The translations under genes and the position numbers were made by a program. A stretch of 64,000 nt of DNA from Acidimicrobiales bacterium (GTDB lineage Bacteria > Actinomycetota > Acidimicrobiia > Acidimicrobiales > CAIXPF01), in contig JBBSLP010000020.1 in the NCBI GenBank assembly GCA_038255145.1, positions 3,986 to 67,985 on the forward strand. Reading direction: 5' to 3'. Below the pieces are notes generated by a model. That model did no database searches. It was given only the letters and a program-made list of their open reading frames with translations, and was not told the DNA's origin. Positions 58,607-64,000 of this stretch are shown piece after piece. Numbering within the stretch: the first letter of the stretch is position 1; each line of letters starts with the position of its first letter.

Positions 58607-59293
58607 TCAACTCAGGCTGAGCTGGGCCTCGTCGGACGCCGTGGCCAGGGACACGGCGAACAGGCTGGCGTCGACCTGGAGCACGGCCTCGACCAGGCGG
58701 GCCATGCCCTCGAAGGCGGCGAACACGCTGGCCGAATGGTCCTCGGGCCCCACGTTGGACAGCATCTCCACCCCGATGAACAACGCCGTCACCGCGTAGG
58801 CCAGGTCGTCGACGGGCAGGGTGGCGGCCAGGGGGCTGGCAGCCAGGGCCCGGTGGATGGCCTTGCCCACCACGGCCACCCAGGGCTGGACGACCTCGGC
58901 CACCGACGCGGCCAACGCGGCGTCGCCCGAGGCACCGGCCATGACCTGGGCCAGGATCTTGATGTTGCCGCTCTCGACGTCCTCGCGGTGCAGCTCGGCC
59001 GCCACCACCACCAGTTCGCTGAGGCTGGTGACCTGGGAGACCCGCTGCTCGTAGCGGTCGAGGCGCATCTGGCTCATGTGCTCGATGGCGGCGAGCATGG
59101 CGTCGTGGATCGACCCGAAGTGGTAGTAGATCGACGCCTGGTTGAAGTTCCCGTGCCTGGCGATGGCCCGGGCCGAGGCCCCGACGATGCCCTCGGTGCG
59201 GATGGTGACCAGGGTGGCCTCGAGGATGCGGGCCCGGGTCTCCTCGCTCGATGACGAGGGCTTTTTCGGCTGGTTCGCTCTCCCCCTCACCAT
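58607..59293 (-). CDS. TetR/AcrR family transcriptional regulator
   Basis: Starting from ATG 59293: ...EETRARILEATLVTIRTEGIVGASARAIARHGNFNQASIYYHFGSIHD. It is divergent from the aminotransferase. Confidence 0.85.
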   Translation of the reverse strand: MVRGRANQPKKPSSSSEETRARILEATLVTIRTEGIVGASARAIARHGNFNQASIYYHFGSIHDAMLAAIEHMSQMRLDRYEQRVSQVTSLSELVVVAAELHREDVESGNIKILAQVMAGASGDAALAASVAEVVQPWVAVVGKAIHRALAASPLAATLPVDDLAYAVTALFIGVEMLSNVGPEDHSASVFAAFEGMARLVEAVLQVDASLFAVSLATASDEAQLSLS

Positions 59294-59380
59294 GCGTCCT
59301 GCCAGCCTCCGGCTCGTGTCCCAACGCACGACCAGTGTCCACCACCCGCCGGCTGGACCAGAAGTCGTACGCTCGCCGCG

Positions 59381-60661
59381 GTGACGAGCCACATCACGAG
59401 CGACCTCACCGACTACCCCTTCATACCTGGCCCTGCGCCCCTGATGATCGTGGGTGGCGAGGGCAGCTACCTGATCACCGCCGACGGGCGCCGCATCCTC
59501 GACGCCGCCGGCGGCGCCCTGGTGTGCAACATCGGCCACGGCCGGGCCGAGGTGGCCGAGGTCGCCGCCAGCTCGTTGGGCCAGATCGACTACGTGGTGC
59601 CGCCGTGGGCCACACCGGCCCGGGCCGCCCTGCGTGACCGGCTGGTGCGCAACTGGCTCCCCGAGGGCCTGACCCAGGTGGCCTTCGTGTCCGGGGGGTC
59701 CGAGTCGACCGACAGCGCCATCCGCCTGGCCCTGGCCCACCACCAGAGCGCGGGCCGGCGCAACAAGTGGAAGGTCATCGGCCGCTGGCCGTCCTACCAC
59801 GGCGTCACCCTGGCCGGCCTGGCCGCCGGGGGCCACCACAACCGCCGGACGGGCTACGACGCCCTGCTCCTCGACTTCCCTCACATCACCTGGGACGACC
59901 CCGATGCGCTGGAGGCCATGATCATGGCCCAGGGGGCGGACACGGTGGCCGCCTTCATCGCCGAGCCCGTCATCGGTGCCGCGGGCGGGTCCCTGGTGCC
60001 CCCGGACGACTACTTCGGACGGGTGGCCGAGATCTGCGCGGCCAACGACGTGCTCTTCATCGCCGACGAGGTCATGTGTGGCTTCGGGCGCACCGGACGC
60101 AACTTCGCCATCGACCACTGGGGGGTCGTGCCCGACATCCTCGTCGGCGGCAAGGGCCTGGCCGGGGGCTACGCGGCCATGGGCGGCATCTACGCCAAGG
60201 CCTCGGTCACCGCCCCCATCGCCGAGCGCGGGCACAACTTCATGTTCTTCACCTTCGGCGCCCAGTCGGCCCACTGCGCCGTGGCCGACAAGGTGCTCGA
60301 GATCATGGAGCGCGAGGACCTGGTGGCTCGGGCCGCGACCATGGGCGCCCGCCTGCGAGCCCGCCTCGATGCCACCCTGGGTGACCACCCCAACGTGTCG
60401 GCCATCCGCGGCCTGGGCCTGATGCAGGGCATAGAACTGGTGGCCGAACGCGACCCCCACACCTGGGGCACCCCGGGCTTCGCCGCCCGGGTCGGCGCCG
60501 AGGCCCTCCAGCGCGGCGTGTGGGTCTACCCCGCCGGTGGCGGGGACCCGGTGCAGGATGCCCTGCTCCTGGGCCCCCCCTTCACCATCAGCGACGCCGA
60601 GATCGACCAGATCATCGACGTCCTCCCCGACGCCATCACCGCAGCCGCAGCCGGGAGCTGA
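59381..60661 (+). CDS. class III (omega) aminotransferase, PLP-dependent
   Basis: The ORF is 426 aa: FVSGGSESTDSAIRLA, FIADEVMCGFGRTG, VGGKGLAGGY (PLP Lys). Confidence 0.9.
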   Translation: MTSHITSDLTDYPFIPGPAPLMIVGGEGSYLITADGRRILDAAGGALVCNIGHGRAEVAEVAASSLGQIDYVVPPWATPARAALRDRLVRNWLPEGLTQVAFVSGGSESTDSAIRLALAHHQSAGRRNKWKVIGRWPSYHGVTLAGLAAGGHHNRRTGYDALLLDFPHITWDDPDALEAMIMAQGADTVAAFIAEPVIGAAGGSLVPPDDYFGRVAEICAANDVLFIADEVMCGFGRTGRNFAIDHWGVVPDILVGGKGLAGGYAAMGGIYAKASVTAPIAERGHNFMFFTFGAQSAHCAVADKVLEIMEREDLVARAATMGARLRARLDATLGDHPNVSAIRGLGLMQGIELVAERDPHTWGTPGFAARVGAEALQRGVWVYPAGGGDPVQDALLLGPPFTISDAEIDQIIDVLPDAITAAAAGS

Positions 60662-60708
60662 CCGAGGTTCCGATCAGCCCCCGAGACGCCGGGCAGGACG
60701 GGAGCGGG

Positions 60709-61758
60709 TCAGCCGCCGAGGACGGGGCAGCCGGGCTCGTCGGGGAGCACGGGGCGGACGACGACGTGGTAGGTGACATCGGCCTGCTCGAAGCGGGTCA
60801 GCTGGTTGGCCTGGGCCACGAGCGCACCCACGGCATCGGCGTCGGCACCCTCGACGGCCAGGCATTCCTGGGCCCCGGCCAGGTCGACGGCGTCGATGGG
60901 CCAGTGCCACACCGTGGGCTGGGGCTCACCGGGCACGGTCGACGTGGCTGTGGGATCGGGCAGGGGCTGGACGGGGCTGGACACGGTGCCGTTGGGGTCC
61001 GCCGAGGTGGACGAGCCGGCGCCGCCGGGCACGACCGTGGTCGTGGTGGGCTGGGGGGCAGGCAGGACCGGCGTACCCGGGGCGACGTCGTAGGCCACCT
61101 GGGCCCAGATCCGGTAGCGGGCGGGGTGCCAGGGGCCGACGGGACTGATGCCGTCGTCGCCCACGATGGCACCGAGGTCGCTGACCTGGTCGATGAAGGC
61201 GGCCAGCTGGCGGCGGGCGGCCCGCTGCTCCTCGGTCAGCCCGGGCACGTCGTCGTTGCCCAGCTCGCTCAGGCCCAGGGCGGCGTGCACGTAGCGCTGG
61301 CCGTCGGCCACCACGGTCAGGGTGGTGGTGTGCACGTCGGCCACCGGGGGCTGGCCGTAGTCGGGCGGGGTGGCGGCCAGGCCCGAGCTGGCGATGGCCT
61401 CCCGCAGGGCGTCGAGGCCGGCCGGCGTGAGCTGGGAGGCGTTGAGCACGGGCAGCGCCGGACCGGGGTAGATCATGATCGTCGGCGCCGGCTGCAGCAC
61501 CAGGCCATCGCTGTAGATGGTGATGGGGGGCAGGTTGCGCAGGGCGCTGTCGACGGGGACGAAACCGCCGCTGATGTCGACCCGCAGGACCAGCTCGCGG
61601 GCGGCGCCGTCGACGGGTAGGTCACCGCTGGCGCTGTCCTCGGTGGACACCGTGGTGGTGTCCCCACAGGCGGCGAGGCCGAGCACGGCAAGGCTGGCCA
61701 AGCTGACGACGGCGAGGCGGGCGGCGGTCCCCCGGCGGGATCTCGTTCGGATGCGCAT
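60709..61758 (-). CDS. lipoprotein, function unknown
   Basis: ATG 61758: MRIRTRSRRGTAARLAVVSLASLAVLGLAAC|GD has a lipobox. A Pro/Thr-rich linker follows later. The upstream part of the track ORF is antisense to the next gene. Confidence 0.7.
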   Translation of the reverse strand: MRIRTRSRRGTAARLAVVSLASLAVLGLAACGDTTTVSTEDSASGDLPVDGAARELVLRVDISGGFVPVDSALRNLPPITIYSDGLVLQPAPTIMIYPGPALPVLNASQLTPAGLDALREAIASSGLAATPPDYGQPPVADVHTTTLTVVADGQRYVHAALGLSELGNDDVPGLTEEQRAARRQLAAFIDQVSDLGAIVGDDGISPVGPWHPARYRIWAQVAYDVAPGTPVLPAPQPTTTTVVPGGAGSSTSADPNGTVSSPVQPLPDPTATSTVPGEPQPTVWHWPIDAVDLAGAQECLAVEGADADAVGALVAQANQLTRFEQADVTYHVVVRPVLPDEPGCPVLGG

Positions 61759-61826
61759 GGTGGTTGTGACGAAGCGTGACCACCGTCCGGTTCCCGCTCG
61801 TCCTCCGGCGTTCCCCGAGTCGGCCA

Positions 61827-63008
61827 TCATGCCTGGTCCAGGGCCTGGGTCAGATCGGCCACCAGGTCCTCGACCGACTCGATGCCCACGGACAGGCGCA
61901 CGAGGGCGGGGTCGACCTCGAGGGGGGAGTCGGCCACCGACGCGTGGGTCATGGCCCCGGGGTGCTCGATGAGGGACTCCACACCACCCAGGGACTCGGC
62001 CAGGGTGAACAGCTTCGTGGCCGCCACGATGCGGTAGGCCGCCCCCTGGCCGCCCCGGGCCAGGAACGACACCATGCCCCCGAAGTCGCGCATCTGCTTG
62101 GTGGCCACCCCGTGGCCGGCGCAGTCGGGCAGGCCCGGGTACAGGACCTCCTCGACGGCGGGGTGGGACGACAGCAGCTCGACGATGGCGGCGGCGTTGG
62201 CGCAGTGGCGGTCCATGCGCACCCCCAGGGTCTTGATGCCCCGCAGGGTCAGGTAGCAGTCGAGGGGTCCGGGCACGGCCCCCACCGCGTTCTGCAGGAA
62301 GGCGATCCGCGACGCCACGGCCTCGTCGTTGGTGGCCACGAAGCCGCCCACGGTGTCCGAGTGCCCACTCAGGTACTTGGTCGTCGAGTGCACGACGATG
62401 TCGGCCCCCAGCGCCAGGGGCTGCTGCAGGTAGGGGGTGGCGAAGGTGTTGTCGACCACGCAGCGGGCGCCGTGGGCCCGGGCCACGGCCGACAGGGCCT
62501 CGATGTCGACCACACCCAGCGTGGGGTTGGTCGGCGTCTCCAGCCACAGCAGGCGGGCACCCTCGGGCCAGTCGCGGTCCACCGAGACGGGGTCGTAGAG
62601 GTCGAGCACCGTCCATCCCACCCCCATGGGCCCGAACACCTTGTCGATGAGGCGGAACGTGCCGCCATAGGCGTCGTCGCCGAGCACGACGGACTCCCCG
62701 GGCACCAGCATGCGCAGCACGGCGTCCTCGGCCGCCAGGCCCGAGGCGAAGGCCCGGCCGAACCGGGCCCCCTCGAGGGAGGCGATGCACGCCTCGAGCG
62801 CCGTGCGGGTGGGGTTGCCGGTGCGCCCGTACTCGTAGCCCCGGTCCTGGCCCACCCCGTCCTGGGCGTAGGTCGAGGTCAGGAACACGGGCACGTTCAC
62901 CGCCCCGGTGAGCTGCTCGGGCTCCTGGCCGGCGTGGATGGCCCGGGTCTCGAAGCCCCACGGGTGGGCTGCGGCCGCCTCGCCAGAGGGGCCTTCGGTG
63001 GTCGACAT
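61827..63008 (-). CDS. cystathionine gamma-synthase/gamma-lyase family PLP enzyme
   Basis: ATG 63008: ...ETRAIHAGQ...YGRTGNPT...VVHSTTKYLSGHSD (PLP Lys)...LAESLGGVESLIEHP. Confidence 0.9.
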   Translation of the reverse strand: MSTTEGPSGEAAAAHPWGFETRAIHAGQEPEQLTGAVNVPVFLTSTYAQDGVGQDRGYEYGRTGNPTRTALEACIASLEGARFGRAFASGLAAEDAVLRMLVPGESVVLGDDAYGGTFRLIDKVFGPMGVGWTVLDLYDPVSVDRDWPEGARLLWLETPTNPTLGVVDIEALSAVARAHGARCVVDNTFATPYLQQPLALGADIVVHSTTKYLSGHSDTVGGFVATNDEAVASRIAFLQNAVGAVPGPLDCYLTLRGIKTLGVRMDRHCANAAAIVELLSSHPAVEEVLYPGLPDCAGHGVATKQMRDFGGMVSFLARGGQGAAYRIVAATKLFTLAESLGGVESLIEHPGAMTHASVADSPLEVDPALVRLSVGIESVEDLVADLTQALDQA

Positions 63009-63091
63009 GGCAGCTCCCGGATCCGGTTCACGGCCCCCCGCTCCCTGTCCCCCGCACCGTCGGCGCGAGGTGGGGGCCAGCCCGGCCGAGG

Positions 63092-64000
63092 CTAGGCCCG
63101 TGCGTCCTGCCGGTTGCGTCGGATGGCCTGGACCACCACCACCGCCAACCCCAGGGACAGGATGGCCACGAAGATCGCCGCGTCCAGCGCCCCCCGCTCG
63201 GGCGCGCCGCGGGCCGACAACGGTGGCGGCGCCGCCCCGTCTCGCCGGCCCGGGGCGCCCACCGGGCCCTCCCCCTCCCCACCGTCCGCCGCCGACCCTC
63301 CCTGCGACGCCTCCTCCGAGCTCGCCCCTGCGGGCGGCCCCGCGGTCGACGCAGGTCCGGCGGTCGATGCCGGCCCCGCGGCACCGTCGACGCAACCCGC
63401 CGATGCGGTGACCCCGGCGATGCGCAGGGCCGAACGGCGCAGGGCCGCGGCCGACAGCCGCCCGTCGGCCACGGCGTCCACGACGGCCCGGTGGGCGACA
63501 GGGGCATCGGCCACGTCGACGATGGCCAGGTCACCTCCGGCGGCCAGGAAGCGGACCACGGCGCCGGCGGCGTCCTCACGGTCCCGGATGGCGGCCATCC
63601 CCAGGGAGTCGCTGACCACCAGCCCGTCGAAGCCGTACTCCGTGCGCAGCAGCCCGTCGATGGCGGCACCGGAGAGGGAGGCGGGCTCGCCGTCGGTCAG
63701 GCCCGGCACCACCAGGTGGCCCACCATGACCGCCACCTCGGACCCGTGGGTCTCCAGTACCGAGGCGAAGGGCAGCAGGTCACGCTGCTCGAGCACGTCG
63801 AGGGAGGCCACGCTGGCCTCACCGTCGTGGGTGTCGGCGCTGGCCCGGCCGTGGCCGGGGAAGTGCTTGAGCACGGGCACGACACCGGCGTCGAGGTAGC
63901 CCTCGACCACGGCGTTCCCGTAGCGGGCCACCACGTCGGGGTCCTCGCTGAAGGACCGGGTGCCGATGGCCGGGCCCCCACCCACGTCGAGCACGGGGGC
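63092..64000 (-). CDS. glycoside hydrolase family 3 (NagZ-like), C-terminal part with TM anchor; 5' end beyond the window
   Basis: KHFPGHG...DTH, VMVGH, VVSDSLGM motifs are present. The C-terminus has a Gly/Ala/Pro linker (AAGPASTAGPASTAGP) and a TM helix (IFVAILSLGLAVVVV). Confidence 0.8.
   Translation of the reverse strand, partial: APVLDVGGGPAIGTRSFSEDPDVVARYGNAVVEGYLDAGVVPVLKHFPGHGRASADTHDGEASVASLDVLEQRDLLPFASVLETHGSEVAVMVGHLVVPGLTDGEPASLSGAAIDGLLRTEYGFDGLVVSDSLGMAAIRDREDAAGAVVRFLAAGGDLAIVDVADAPVAHRAVVDAVADGRLSAAALRRSALRIAGVTASAGCVDGAAGPASTAGPASTAGPPAGASSEEASQGGSAADGGEGEGPVGAPGRRDGAAPPPLSARGAPERGALDAAIFVAILSLGLAVVVVQAIRRNRQDARA

Noticed and set aside
63009-63091. A SAM-type riboswitch upstream of the cystathionine gamma-synthase-like gene
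   Set aside because: Only 83 nt are available, and I could not find the conserved SAM-IV or SAM-I core sequences that I remember.
63340-63400. A short tandem repeat encoding AAGPASTAGPASTAGP in the GH3 C-terminal linker
   Set aside because: It is an ordinary low-complexity Pro/Ala/Gly linker before a TM anchor and has no independent significance.

Overview
This is a very GC-rich, densely coding chromosomal segment. GC content was judged by eye, not computed. It has actinobacterial hallmarks: three luciferase-like (F420-type) oxidoreductases, a SufU-type SUF system with a Rieske protein between sufD and sufC, many GTG starts, frequent ATGA/GTGA 4-nt gene overlaps, and probable leaderless starts. 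I call about 65 protein genes, one decayed gene, no rRNA or tRNA, no CRISPR array and no intact mobile element. Most long ORFs in the six-frame track are antisense shadows typical of high-GC DNA and were discarded on composition or codon grounds.

Gene content:
- hydantoinase A/B plus an amidase and a TetR regulator
- acyl-CoA dehydrogenases
- a Phd/VapC toxin-antitoxin pair
- two GT2 glycosyltransferases and an alkaline-phosphatase-family enzyme
- SUF Fe-S assembly genes split into two convergent half-operons with two sufC paralogues
- mutY
- a MaoC / acyl-CoA dehydrogenase / CitE-like lyase cluster
- an ATP-dependent DNA ligase, fumC, an ABC-F ATPase and hisI
- a pfkB-xfp-ackA-SDR phosphoketolase operon
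- a class-III aminotransferase, a cystathionine gamma-synthase-like enzyme and a GH3 hydrolase

The strongest lead is a translationally coupled two-gene cassette at 30264-32293. Its second gene is broken in the ORF track by a single in-frame TGA (32045-32047). A hairpin follows 14 nt later. Read-through gives ...EALAD-U-GSCTSC..., a UGSC-motif (UxxCxxC) selenoprotein candidate of unknown function. Its partner is a CPTC thioredoxin-fold fusion protein.

Other unexplained structure:
- a composite inverted/direct repeat element upstream of the second sufC (19256-19499)
- 48-nt nested-palindrome repeats (33338-33484)
- a roughly 300-nt structured non-coding leader with a UUCG hairpin (6335-6640)
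- a 51-bp duplication that separates two convergent gene ends (12767-12894)
- a triple GTGC..GCAC palindrome array between divergent GT2 genes
- in-frame 18-bp tandem repeats in an amidase
- a roughly 600-bp non-coding gap next to the ligase
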